Shown here piece by piece: positions 1-8,573 of a stretch of 32,000 nucleotides of DNA. The notes below the pieces were generated by a model, which searched no databases, was not told where the DNA came from, and worked only from the letters and a program-made list of their open reading frames with translations. This stretch comes from an uncultured Actinomycetota bacterium (GTDB taxonomy: Bacteria; Actinomycetota; Actinomycetes; Mycobacteriales; Mycobacteriaceae), in the NCBI GenBank assembly GCA_963814505.1, contig CAWFDM010000020.1, positions 228,993 through 260,992 of the forward strand, in the 5' to 3' direction. Position 1 is the stretch's first letter. Each line of letters starts with the position of its first letter. The position numbers were made by a program, and so were the translations under genes.

Positions 1-291
1 AACGGCAGAGCCGATCTCATCAGACCCTTTCTCGCCAGCCGCAACGCTGCATCGATCGTCATTCCGTATCGGGCCAACCGGGCGATCATCTTCAACTCGG
101 ATCTGTTTCACGCCACCGCCGAGGTGCGGTTCCGCGAGGGCTACCAGAACCGCAGGGTCAACGTGACGATGCTCTACGGCGAGCGCGACGACGACAGGCA
201 TCACCCAAGACTGTCCCGGCACCAGCTTGCGACAGGTCGTGGCACCTTCCGGCCGGCATGGCGTTCCCGCGCGCGACGCCAAGCGCGATGA
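1..291 (+). CDS. 2OG-Fe(II) oxygenase superfamily protein, C-terminal part (5' end outside window)
   Basis: Frame 1 is open from the window edge to TGA 289-291. It is absent from the ORF track because no start codon lies in the window. The translation '...NRAIIFNSDLFHATAEVRFREGYQNRRVNVTMLYG' shows the distal His...Arg strand pattern of 2OG oxygenases. It parallels 'NRMVFFPSHLMHEVRTV' in ORF 957..1664. The stop overlaps ATG 288 (ATGA). Confidence 0.5.
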   Translation, partial: NGRADLIRPFLASRNAASIVIPYRANRAIIFNSDLFHATAEVRFREGYQNRRVNVTMLYGERDDDRHHPRLSRHQLATGRGTFRPAWRSRARRQAR

Positions 292-1013
292 CCTCTCAGC
301 ACGGTCAGGACGCGTTCGTGCTGCGCACGCTCGGTCGGCTCCGGTCGGGCTTCTTCCTGGATTCGGGTGCGTCCGATGGAATCCGCTGCAGCAACACCCG
401 GGCGCTGGAGCAGCATTACGGGTGGAGCGGAATCTGCGTGGAACCCGATCCGGTGTTCTTCCAAAAGTTGACGGGAAGCAGGGATTGCACTTGCGTGAAC
501 TGCTGCCTATACGACTTCGACGGCACCGTGCCCTTCGTGCACGCGGGCACCGTCGGCGGCGTGCGGGATGAGTTGGAACTCGAAATGCTGCCGCACGTTT
601 GGGGCGCGTTGGGGCTGCCCGACGGTGCGCCGCTGCCCGTCGAGCCGGCGTCGTGCCGAACAGCGGCGTCGCTGCTGAACGAGTTCGGTGCTCCGCGGGT
701 GATCGATTACTGGAGCCTGGACACCGAGGGTTCCGAGTTGACGATCCTGCGCAGCTTCCCGTTCAGCGACTACCTAGTCCGGATGCTGACGGTGGAGCAC
801 AACTGGGGCGCCGATCGCGCGGCGATCCGTGAGCTTTTGGTGGGCCAAGGCTTCGTGTGGGTCGCCCAGCTGGTGTGTGACGATGTCTATGTACACAACT
901 CGGTCGCGTGCCACCGCCTAGCCCGCCGATCCCGGGCGCTGCGACGCAACAAGACCTCAACAGCCGCCAGGACGAGGCCGTCGTGCGGCGAGCTGCCGGT
1001 TGCGCCGATGTAG
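258..1013 (+). CDS. FkbM-family SAM-dependent methyltransferase
   Basis: 251-aa ORF. 'GFFLDSGASDG..SNTRALEQHYGWSGICVEPDP' and 'IDYWSLDTEGSELTIL' are FkbM-type methyltransferase blocks. An alternative start, ATG 288, is ATGA-coupled to the upstream stop. Confidence 0.8.
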   Translation: MAFPRATPSAMTSQHGQDAFVLRTLGRLRSGFFLDSGASDGIRCSNTRALEQHYGWSGICVEPDPVFFQKLTGSRDCTCVNCCLYDFDGTVPFVHAGTVGGVRDELELEMLPHVWGALGLPDGAPLPVEPASCRTAASLLNEFGAPRVIDYWSLDTEGSELTILRSFPFSDYLVRMLTVEHNWGADRAAIRELLVGQGFVWVAQLVCDDVYVHNSVACHRLARRSRALRRNKTSTAARTRPSCGELPVAPM

Positions 1014-1664
1014 CAGCGTATGAACGGCGCTGCGGCCCGAGGTGATGAACCACCCGTTGACGGTGAAGCGGCTGTCGACGAATAACCGGCTCGGGCACTC
1101 CACGGTGCGCACCTCATGCATGAGATGACTTGGGAAGAACACCATCCGATTGCGCACCGGCTCGATGTCCATCAGTTCGGTGCCGCGCACCGGGCGCCCG
1201 TCTTGCAGCGTCGTCTCGTACAACGCCAGGTGCCCGCCGCGGTACGGCTTGGGCTCCCGATGCAGGAAATAGACAAAGGTCAAACTGCGCGCGGCCACCG
1301 TAGCGTGGGCATTGTCGGTGTGACATCTGAAGAACTCGCCGTCGTTGGTCGCGGTGACCTGCAGATCGAGTCGGGTGACGGGAAGCAGTGGCAAGCCCAT
1401 CGCCGCGCGCGCACTATCCGCCACACTCAGCAACCTGTGTCCGAACAGTTGCCGTAGCGGACCCGGCTGCGAAATCACCTTCGAACGGCGAACGGCGGTG
1501 TCCACCGCGCCCCGCCCTTCGGAGGTTGAGGTGACCTTGCTAGTCGTGAATTCACCCTCCTGACCGATGACCCATCGCTGCACCAGCTGAACCTGCTGTC
1601 CCGGAAGGAAATCGTCAACCACCAGAACTGCGGCGCCGCGCAGCGCGTCGACTCCCTGATCCAT
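957..1664 (-). CDS. 2OG-Fe(II) oxygenase (prolyl-hydroxylase-like, PF13640-type)
   Basis: 235-aa ORF. HxD is in 'FFRCHTDNAH', followed by 'PKPYRGGHLALYE' and the distal His/Arg in 'MVFFPSHLMHEVRTV'. It has a 57-bp convergent overlap with the methyltransferase tail. Confidence 0.75.
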   Translation of the reverse strand: MDQGVDALRGAAVLVVDDFLPGQQVQLVQRWVIGQEGEFTTSKVTSTSEGRGAVDTAVRRSKVISQPGPLRQLFGHRLLSVADSARAAMGLPLLPVTRLDLQVTATNDGEFFRCHTDNAHATVAARSLTFVYFLHREPKPYRGGHLALYETTLQDGRPVRGTELMDIEPVRNRMVFFPSHLMHEVRTVECPSRLFVDSRFTVNGWFITSGRSAVHTLLHRRNRQLAARRPRPGGC

Positions 1665-1802
1665 CGGTGCGGAAACCTCCTCGCGGTGGGCGAGCAGACA
1701 CAGTCGTCGGGTGTGTCACATCGTAAGTCGCGAGTGCGACGACCGACGCCCATCTGCCGTCGGCATTTGGCGCCCGATGCTTCGGAGCGCTAATTTCCTG
1801 GG

Positions 1803-2804
1803 GTGACTTTCTCAGCTGCTGGTGCAGTCGCACGGTGGATCACCCCCTTCCTCACGGTCGCGGCCGTCGCCGCGATTGGTTTTCTTGCCGGCCCGGTGCG
1901 GGTCGGTCCCGCTCCGGCGGTGCGCCTGGCCAGCGACGGCGACCCGTTGGCCAGCGCCCCCTTCTACGTCAATCCCAACTCGGCGGCTATGCGCGCCGCG
2001 CAGCACGCCGATCCCCCGAGTCCCGAGTTGACCGCCATCGCCAACACGCCGCAGGCGTACTGGATCGTCCCGGGCGCCTCGGCTGGGACGGTCGCAAAGT
2101 ACACGGGCGACGCGAATGCCGCCGGCGCCATCCCGGTTCTGGCGCTTTATGGAATCCCCCACCGCGATTGCGGCAGCTTCGCCGCGGGTGGCCTCGGGTC
2201 GTCCGACGAGTACCGCGGGTGGATCGACACCATCGCAAACGGCGTGGGCGGTTCGCGGGCGGCGATCGTCGTCGAACCCGATGCACTCGCCATGGCCGAC
2301 TGCCTGTCGGGTGACGAGCGCCAAGAACGCTACGACTTGATTCGCTACGCCGTCGACACCCTGACACGCAATCCGGCCGCGGCCGTGTACGTCGACGCTG
2401 GTCACTTGCGTTGGCACAGCGCCGACGACATGGCCGCCAGGCTCAACAAGGCCGGCGTCGGCCACGCGCGGGGTTTCAGCCTCAACACCGCGAACTTCTT
2501 CACCACCGAGGACGAAATCGGTTACGGCGAGGCGATTTCGGCGCTCACGAACGGTTCGCACTACGTGATCGACACGTCGCGCAACGGCGCCGGGCCAGCG
2601 CCCGACTCCACGCTCAATTGGTGCAACCCCAGCGGCCGAGCGCTGGGCACTCCGCCTACCGCGGCTACCGCGGGCGCGCACGCCGACGCCTATTTGTGGA
2701 TCAAACGTCCCGGTGAATCCGACGGAACCTGCGACAAAGGTGATCCGCCGGCGGGCACCTTCGTGACTCAGTACGCCATCGATCTGGCCCACCACGGGGG
2801 CTAG
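1803..2804 (+). CDS. Glycoside hydrolase family 6 endoglucanase/cellulase (CelA1-like catalytic domain)
   Basis: 333-aa ORF with a GTG start and an N-terminal hydrophobic signal/anchor 'ITPFLTVAAVAAIGFLAG'. GH6 blocks are present: 'PFYVNPNS', 'LALYGIPHRDCG', 'VVEPDALA', 'YVDAGH', 'VIDTSRNG', 'YLWIKRPGESDG'. Confidence 0.85.
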   Translation: MTFSAAGAVARWITPFLTVAAVAAIGFLAGPVRVGPAPAVRLASDGDPLASAPFYVNPNSAAMRAAQHADPPSPELTAIANTPQAYWIVPGASAGTVAKYTGDANAAGAIPVLALYGIPHRDCGSFAAGGLGSSDEYRGWIDTIANGVGGSRAAIVVEPDALAMADCLSGDERQERYDLIRYAVDTLTRNPAAAVYVDAGHLRWHSADDMAARLNKAGVGHARGFSLNTANFFTTEDEIGYGEAISALTNGSHYVIDTSRNGAGPAPDSTLNWCNPSGRALGTPPTAATAGAHADAYLWIKRPGESDGTCDKGDPPAGTFVTQYAIDLAHHGG

Positions 2805-2821
2805 TAGGAGGGCCTCGCGGC

Positions 2822-3841
2822 GTGGAACCAGCAGACTTCATCGCCGGGCTTCCCAAAGCCGAGATCCACATTCACCTGGAAGGCTCGCTAGAGCCCGACA
2901 TGCTGTTCGCCTTTGCCGCGCGCAACGGGGTGGACATCCCGTGGCAATCCCCACAGCAGCTGCAATCGGCCTACCGGTTCGACAACCTGGCCGCTTTTCT
3001 GGACCTGTATTACCAAGGCACCCGAGTCCTCGTGTGCGAGCAGGATTTCTACGAGCTCACCTACTCGTACCTGGCACGCGCTCACGCTGACTCGGTGGTA
3101 CGCGCCGAGATGTTCCTCGGGCCACAGAGTTTCCTCGAGCGTGGTGTGGCCCTTTCCGAGGTCATGACCGGCGCCCTGGCAGCCATCGACGCCGCACACC
3201 GCGATATGGGTATCAGCGCCGGGCTGCTGGTCATCGCCCAACGGCACCGCAGCGTCGACGATGCGCTCGATCTGTTACGGGCCATCGAGCCGTGGGCCGA
3301 CCGGATCGCCGGACTGGGGCTGGGCGGCGCGGAGCGCGACAATCCGCCGACTAAGTTTTCCCGGTTCTTCGGTGAAGCACGCCGCCGCGGGTTCCGCGTC
3401 ACCGCCCACGCCGGCGAGGAGGGTCCGGCCTCCTTCGTGCGGGACGCCCTCGACGTTCTCGGTGTCGACCGGATCGACCACGGCGTAGCTTGCATGGACG
3501 ACCCCGCCCTCGTCGAGGAGCTAGCGGCACGCAACATCCCGCTGACCGTGTGCCCCGTGTCCAACGACAAGCTGCAGGTCGTCTCGTCCGTGTCATGCCA
3601 TCCGCTGCCCGCGATGCTGGCCGCGGGCTTAAGGGTGAGCGTCAATTCCGACGATCCCGCGTACTTCGGCGCCTACGTCAACGACTGCCTGCGCCGCTGT
3701 CACAGTCTCATGCATCTCACGCTCGACGACATCATCGAGTTGGCGCGCAACAGTCTAATGTCGTCGTTCGGCACACCGACCGACATCGCTAGATGGCTGC
3801 AGCGGCTCGACGATTACTGCGACAGCGCCGCGAAACGATGA
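2822..3841 (+). CDS. add: Adenosine/adenine deaminase family metallohydrolase
   Basis: 339-aa ORF. 'KAEIHIHLEGSLEP' supplies the metal-binding HxH. 'TAHAGEEG' and 'SVNSDDPAYFG' are adenosine deaminase superfamily signatures. Confidence 0.85.
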   Translation: MEPADFIAGLPKAEIHIHLEGSLEPDMLFAFAARNGVDIPWQSPQQLQSAYRFDNLAAFLDLYYQGTRVLVCEQDFYELTYSYLARAHADSVVRAEMFLGPQSFLERGVALSEVMTGALAAIDAAHRDMGISAGLLVIAQRHRSVDDALDLLRAIEPWADRIAGLGLGGAERDNPPTKFSRFFGEARRRGFRVTAHAGEEGPASFVRDALDVLGVDRIDHGVACMDDPALVEELAARNIPLTVCPVSNDKLQVVSSVSCHPLPAMLAAGLRVSVNSDDPAYFGAYVNDCLRRCHSLMHLTLDDIIELARNSLMSSFGTPTDIARWLQRLDDYCDSAAKR

Positions 3842-4029
3842 CGGAACTCTCCGCCTTAAACGGCGGCGCCCGTGGGGCCGGGACCGGCGCTGGCGCCGCG
3901 GGCGGTAACGGCGGCAATGCCGTGCTGATTGGTGACGGCGGCGACGGCGGTAACGGCGGGACTGGCACGCCGCCGGGCAAGGCCGGCACCGGGGGCACTG
4001 GCGAGCTGCTGGTCGCGCGAACGGAATAA
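3838..4029 (+). pseudogene. PGRS-only fragment (orphan Gly-rich PE_PGRS C-terminal remnant, no PE domain)
   Basis: ATG 3838 overlaps the add stop (ATGA). The 63 codons read '[55 protein letters not shown]', which is PGRS-type GGA/GGN repeat. No PE N-terminus lies upstream. Confidence 0.4.
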
Positions 4030-4192
4030 GCGGGCGCCGTTGCCGACCGCGCGGCGTCTAGTACCCTCTGCCGTCGCAGATATCCGACCCCTCCCCCGCG
4101 CGATCTACGCGCTCGGACGGACGTTTTTCGGCTCACGACCTCGCATAGTTCGAAATGAACGATCCCGCGATCCGCTAACCGGGAGGCAGCAG

Positions 4193-5773
4193 ATGTCGTT
4201 CGTGATTTCGGTACCGGAAATGCTGCAGGACGCTGCGACGGACCTGGCGAACCTCGGCTCGACGATCGGCGCGGCAAACGCGGCCGCGGTGACCCCGACG
4301 ACGGGCGTGCTGGCGGCCGCCGCCGATGAGGTGTCAACGGCGCTCGCGGCGATGTTCAGCGCACACGCTCAGCTGTATCAGGCGGTCAGCGCCCAGGCTG
4401 CGGCGTTTCACAGTGAGTTTGTACAGGCGATGACCGCGAGCGCGGGCGCATACGCCAGCGCCGAGGCCGCCAACGCCGCGGCGGTAGCGAATCCGTTGCA
4501 AACAATCGAGGAACAGCTGCTCCAGGCCGTGAATGCGCCCGCCGAATTTTTGTTGGGGCGTCCGCTGATCGGCAACGGCGCCAACGGGGCACCGGGTACC
4601 GGGCAAAATGGCACGCCCGGCGGAATCTTGTGGGGCAACGGCGGGGCCGGCGGGTCTGGCACCCCTCAAGGCGGACCGGGCGGAAACGGCGGCGCCGGTG
4701 GACTATTCGGTAACGGTGGCGCCGGTGGCGACGGGGCCATACCGCAGGGCACCATCGGCAACGGCGGTCACGGCGGCAACGGTGGCGCGGGCGGCCTGTT
4801 CGGCACCGGCGGAGTCGGCGGCGGCGGCGGGGTCGGCAACGTCGACGGCGGGGCCGGCGGGGCCGGAGGCGCCGGCGGGCTGCTCGCCAACGGCGGCGCC
4901 GGCGGCAATGGCGGGCTCGGCTTCAAGGGCGACGGAGGCGCCGCCGGGGCCGGAGGCGCCGCCGGGCTGTTCGGCACCGGTGGCGCCGGCGGCAACGGTG
5001 GACAGGGCAGCACCACCGGCGGGATCGGCGGGGCCGGCGGCGCCGCCGGACTGTTCGGCAATGGCGGCGCCGGCGGCATCGGCGGCGTCGGGGGCGGCAA
5101 CGGCGACGGAGGCGCCGGCGGGGCGGGCGGCAACGCCGGCTTCCTGGCCGGTGCCGCGGGTGACGGGGGCGCCGGCGGCTTTGCCGGCTTCCAGGGCGGG
5201 GCAGGCGGGGCAGGCGGCGACGCCGCACTGATCGGCAACGGCGGGCACGGCGGCACTGGCGGGCAAGCCTCACCCGGCAACGGGGGCGCTGGAGGAGCAG
5301 GCGGATCCGCCAAGCTATTCGGCCTCGGCGGTGATGGAGGCGTCGGCGGGTTCGGCCTCACCAACGCGGGCGCCGGCGGGACCGGAGGCGGCGGGTCCAT
5401 TTTCGGCAACGGTGGTAACGGCGGCGTCGGCGGCTTCGGCGGCATGATGGGCGGGCACGGCGGAACCGGCGGCAACGCCGGCGTCCTGTTCGGCTCCGGC
5501 GGCGCCGGCGGAACCGGCGGTATGAGCCAGGTCTCCGGGGGTTTCGGCGGTAACGGCGGCACCGGCGCGCTGATCGGCAACGGCGGCGACGCCGGCGCGG
5601 GGGGGTCGGCCCCCGCCGGCGGTCGCGGCGGTCACGGCGGCGACGCCCGGCTGATAGGCAACGGGGGCAACGGCGGCAACGGCGGGATTGGCTTCCCGGG
5701 AACCCTCGGTCCCGGCACCGGCGGCGCCGGCGGGTTGGTGTTCGGTCTGAACGGGATCGACGGATCCTTGTAG
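4193..5773 (+). CDS. PE_PGRS family protein
   Basis: ATG 4193 is preceded by GGGAGG (4181-4186). The PE domain '[32 protein letters not shown]...[19 protein letters not shown]' is followed by about 430 aa of GGAGG/GGNGG repeats. The track ORF start at 3929 is an upstream extension. Confidence 0.9.
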   Translation: MSFVISVPEMLQDAATDLANLGSTIGAANAAAVTPTTGVLAAAADEVSTALAAMFSAHAQLYQAVSAQAAAFHSEFVQAMTASAGAYASAEAANAAAVANPLQTIEEQLLQAVNAPAEFLLGRPLIGNGANGAPGTGQNGTPGGILWGNGGAGGSGTPQGGPGGNGGAGGLFGNGGAGGDGAIPQGTIGNGGHGGNGGAGGLFGTGGVGGGGGVGNVDGGAGGAGGAGGLLANGGAGGNGGLGFKGDGGAAGAGGAAGLFGTGGAGGNGGQGSTTGGIGGAGGAAGLFGNGGAGGIGGVGGGNGDGGAGGAGGNAGFLAGAAGDGGAGGFAGFQGGAGGAGGDAALIGNGGHGGTGGQASPGNGGAGGAGGSAKLFGLGGDGGVGGFGLTNAGAGGTGGGGSIFGNGGNGGVGGFGGMMGGHGGTGGNAGVLFGSGGAGGTGGMSQVSGGFGGNGGTGALIGNGGDAGAGGSAPAGGRGGHGGDARLIGNGGNGGNGGIGFPGTLGPGTGGAGGLVFGLNGIDGSL

Positions 5774-5825
5774 CGCAGGCCCAGCGAAGGCCACCCATTC
5801 GAACGGGCAAACCCCGCCCGGCAGC

Positions 5826-6209
5826 TCAGCCCTCCTGGTAGCTCCAACTGCGCAGTTGTCCTGCGATCTCGTCGAGATCGGACATTGCACCGGTGGCCAC
5901 CCCGATCACGAAGTCGAAGCGGTCGTCCTCCGACGCACCAATCCACTGAGCGTTGATGGCCAGGAACGTCCGGCATGCTGTCCACGCAAGTCGCTTGTTG
6001 CCGTCCACCAGCGCGTGATTCCGTGCCAGCGAATGCAGCAGCGCGGCGGCCTTCACGTGGAGATCTGGGTAGGCATCCTGGCCGAACACCGAGGCGCGAG
6101 GCCGCGCCACAGCCGATTCAAGCAAGCCGTAGTCCCTGACCACGACATCCCTGCCAACGGCCTCGCGAGCGATTTCCAGCAGATCTTCGAGGTCCAGGTA
6201 GACGGTCAT
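5826..6209 (-). CDS. doc: Doc (death-on-curing) Fic-fold toxin
   Basis: 127 aa. The Doc motif H-x-L-x-D-G-N-K-R is in 'NHALVDGNKRLA'. The start overlaps the stop of the upstream antitoxin (ATGA). Confidence 0.85.
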   Translation of the reverse strand: MTVYLDLEDLLEIAREAVGRDVVVRDYGLLESAVARPRASVFGQDAYPDLHVKAAALLHSLARNHALVDGNKRLAWTACRTFLAINAQWIGASEDDRFDFVIGVATGAMSDLDEIAGQLRSWSYQEG

Positions 6210-6412
6210 GCGTCCTTAAGGCGCTCCAAAACCCTGGCCTCCTCGCGGACCACGCGCTGCAGCGCCGCGGCGACCTTGGCCTTGTGCGCCCGCCGGGCGA
6301 TGTACTCGTCGATGGCCGATAGCGCAACAGCTTGCATCGATCGGCCTTCGGCGGCGGCCTGCCGGCGCAGCGCTTCTGCCTGCTGCTCGCTGGGGCGCAG
6401 AGTCATTCCCAT
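6206..6412 (-). CDS. Ribbon-helix-helix antitoxin partner of Doc (Phd-analogous)
   Basis: 68 aa. 'LRPSEQQAEALRRQAAAEGRSMQAVALSAIDEYI' is an RHH pattern. It is translationally coupled to doc. Confidence 0.75.
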   Translation of the reverse strand: MGMTLRPSEQQAEALRRQAAAEGRSMQAVALSAIDEYIARRAHKAKVAAALQRVVREEARVLERLKDA

Positions 6413-6420
6413 GACCCTGG

Positions 6421-6439
6421 ATGATACCAGATTGATACC
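6421..6439. promoter_or_regulatory. Tandem TGATACCA boxes (11-bp phasing) just upstream of the antitoxin start; candidate TA operator
   Basis: TGATACCA-GAT-TGATACCA at 6421-6439, 9 nt from the antitoxin ATG (6412) on the minus strand. Confidence 0.35.
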
Positions 6440-7000
6440 ACTGGTGGATGCATGCGCAGCTCGTGCGAACGGCTGACCATGGAAAACGTAGCGCGCAAGC
6501 CTCGGCCTTTAGGACGGGGACACGCCTGTCTGGATTTGTCGGCGACGGCTGTTACGGCGTTGGCCATATCTGAATCCCCCGGAGAGATCCCAAGGTCAGG
6601 ACATCGACCGGCGTCGGGGAAAGTAATCGGCGAGGCCGCGGTAACACCGGCACCTGCGGCGCCCGCAAGGGACAGAGCCGATCGGCGCAAACGCAAAAGG
6701 CCCCCGGCCTACGGCGGCGCTGTGATGAGCGCCGAGACAGCCGGACGTCGGCACGCGCGAATCCCGCGCCTTTAGGCGGGGGACGATGTCAAAGTGATGT
6801 CTAGTGACCATTCAGAGCCCGCGACCAACGGGTTGAGAACAGCTGGCGGTTTTGTTGGCCAGTAGCGGTTAGACGTAGTTGTCGGACCCCTCTGGGAGTA
6901 TCTGGGTAGAGGCATAAAATCACGCAGTGTTATGGCCGTTTTGTTGGTCATTATTGGACATTGATTTCGTAAGATCGGCTGTGGAGGGGGTGCGCAGACG

Positions 7001-7354
7001 GTGGGTTCCCTGCGTGGCGGGAAGCAGTTGACGCCAGAGGTCGTGGCTAAGCGTCTGTGTATCGGGGTGGCCGATCTTCTTGATGTTGGCAAACCATGGA
7101 CTAGCCGTGATGTTGCCGAGGTGCAGCGTTGCAGACCCGATTGGTTGCGGTGTGCGCGCAAGGCGTTGGGCGCGGCGCGAGCTGAGGAGGAACGGCAGCA
7201 GAAGGCGCGCGGGGATGCTGTTCGAGCGCGACAGAAGGGGTTTGAGTATCCACCTGTCGGGTCCGCCGCGACTGAGTTCGCCGACGACTTTGCGAAATTG
7301 AACCTGTTGGAGTTTCTACATAGCGCTCTGGATGCGTCTTCGGCGGAGACCTAG
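7001..7354 (+). CDS. Hypothetical protein (cargo ORF 1 of IS607-like unit)
   Basis: 117-aa ORF with a GTG start about 10 nt after GGAGGGGG. No family was recognised. It ends 3 nt before the next ORF. Confidence 0.5.
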   Translation: MGSLRGGKQLTPEVVAKRLCIGVADLLDVGKPWTSRDVAEVQRCRPDWLRCARKALGAARAEEERQQKARGDAVRARQKGFEYPPVGSAATEFADDFAKLNLLEFLHSALDASSAET

Positions 7355-7357
7355 GTA

Positions 7358-7951
7358 GTGGATTGCGGATTCGATGTCTCCACGTACGCCCGGACTGTCG
7401 AGGAGACCAACCGCGAACGCGTCAAACGCGGCGTGTCGTTGTCGGGACGAGACACCGCTGTCTTCGCTGATTACGGCGGTTACCGTGAGCCCGGGACGTT
7501 GGGAGACTTGTTGGACGCTCCGACTGGCAACACCCGGGCGACCCATGTTTGTGGTGCGGGACTTGCTGCCGAATCGCTCGACGACGCGTGGTATGACCGG
7601 TGGGCGCTGGAAGGCCTCGCCCACGCTCACGTGATCGCTGGTCTAGTGCTGTGCGGTGATATCGCGACTCTGGAAACCATTGCCGGAGTGCCTTTACCTG
7701 ACGTGGCCCTCGACGTAAGGCAGCCGTTTGGTGGCGTCGCCGCGGATGTGCTCTCGTTGGCGAGGGAAGCGCTGCATGCCTGGACTGAGATCGACTGCCC
7801 GGTACTGGATCCCGGCGACGTTGTAGACATGGATGCCCCGACCTCAGCGCTGCCCCGAATGCTGCTGGCCGCCCGGCGACGGTGGGATCAAACCGAACTG
7901 CTGGCCGCGGCGATCGCGGGCCTGGATGTAGAGCTGGTTGTCGATGGCTGA
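7358..7951 (+). CDS. Hypothetical acidic protein (cargo ORF 2 of IS607-like unit)
   Basis: 197-aa ORF with a coding-like codon pattern and lower GC3 than its neighbours. It overlaps the tnpA ATG (7944) by 8 nt. No family was recognised. Confidence 0.55.
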   Translation: MDCGFDVSTYARTVEETNRERVKRGVSLSGRDTAVFADYGGYREPGTLGDLLDAPTGNTRATHVCGAGLAAESLDDAWYDRWALEGLAHAHVIAGLVLCGDIATLETIAGVPLPDVALDVRQPFGGVAADVLSLAREALHAWTEIDCPVLDPGDVVDMDAPTSALPRMLLAARRRWDQTELLAAAIAGLDVELVVDG

Positions 7952-8573
7952 CCACGGCCCAGATGATTACGTGTCCGCGACCTCAGCCGCTCACCGGTTG
8001 GGGGTGTCGACACCTACGTTGCGCCGATACACCCAGGAAGGTCGGCTGCCGGATGCGCGCAGTGCGGGCGGGAGGCGGATCTTGCGGATCGGCGACTTGG
8101 ATGCTATCGCACCTAAACCATCCGCTGGCAAGGCAGTTGGGTATGCACGGGTGTCGTCACGGAGGCAACAAGCTGAAGGTGACCTTGATCGTCAGGTGGC
8201 CCGGCTAAAGGACCGTGACGGTGAGCTAGTCGTGTTCACCGACGTTGCTTCCGGCCTGTGGGACCGCCGCGTGGGGCTGCGGAAAGCGTTGGGTGAGTGC
8301 ATGAAACCGGGTGTGGATCGGCTGTTGGTGGAGCATCCGGACAGGTTGGCCCGGTTTGGTGTCGGGGTGATCGAACATCTGCTGGCGGGCTATGGGGTGA
8401 AGGTCATCTATACCGGCCAGCCGGAGGATGAGTCGGCGGAATCGGAGTTGGTGCGCGACATGCTGGCTATCGTGACCAGCTTTTCCGGGCGGCTGTATGG
8501 GCAGCGGTCGGCGAAGACGAAACGGTTGCGTGCGGCGGTGTCGGCCGAAACCGAATGCGGTGATGCCGCATGA
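7944..8573 (+). CDS. tnpA: IS607-family serine recombinase/transposase TnpA (MerR-like HTH + resolvase catalytic domain)
   Basis: The N-terminal HTH is 'SAAHRLGVSTPTLRRYTQEGRL'. The catalytic-serine block is 'VGYARVSSRRQ', followed by 'LLVEHPDRLARFG'. The stop overlaps the next ATG (ATGA at 8570-8573). Confidence 0.85.
   Translation: MADHGPDDYVSATSAAHRLGVSTPTLRRYTQEGRLPDARSAGGRRILRIGDLDAIAPKPSAGKAVGYARVSSRRQQAEGDLDRQVARLKDRDGELVVFTDVASGLWDRRVGLRKALGECMKPGVDRLLVEHPDRLARFGVGVIEHLLAGYGVKVIYTGQPEDESAESELVRDMLAIVTSFSGRLYGQRSAKTKRLRAAVSAETECGDAA

Noticed and set aside
1812-2795. 327-aa minus-strand ORF antisense to the GH6 gene, plus smaller overlapping ORFs.
   Set aside because: The composition is Arg/Gly/Val-rich with no motifs. 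The + frame carries all the GH6 signature blocks.
4600-5760. CRISPR-like periodicity from short GGCGGNGCC repeats. The same pattern occurs in 17130-17600 and 19990-20460.
   Set aside because: The repeats are 9-15 bp, degenerate, in frame and coding (PGRS Gly-Gly-Ala/Asn). There is no repeat-spacer architecture and there are no cas genes.
4334-5985. Many long alternative-frame and antisense ORFs across the PE_PGRS gene (for example 4768..5580 at 270 aa Pro-rich, and 5315..5890, 5358..5810, 4703..5266).
   Set aside because: They are Pro/Arg/Ala-rich read-throughs of the GGN/GCC repeat on the other frames or strand. This is expected in GC-rich repeats that lack stop codons. The PE_PGRS frame has the recognisable PE domain and an RBS.
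6506-6784. The 16-mer CCTTTAGGACGGGGAC (6506) versus CCTTTAGGCGGGGGAC (6769), and a TTTAGGACG core shared with the 15127 palindrome. I considered these as possible MITE ends.
   Set aside because: The match is only 14 of 16 positions, and a 9-mer core is plausible by chance in 64 kb of two-strand sequence. There are no target-site duplications or other supporting structure. The second copy is mentioned only as a weak candidate IS left boundary.
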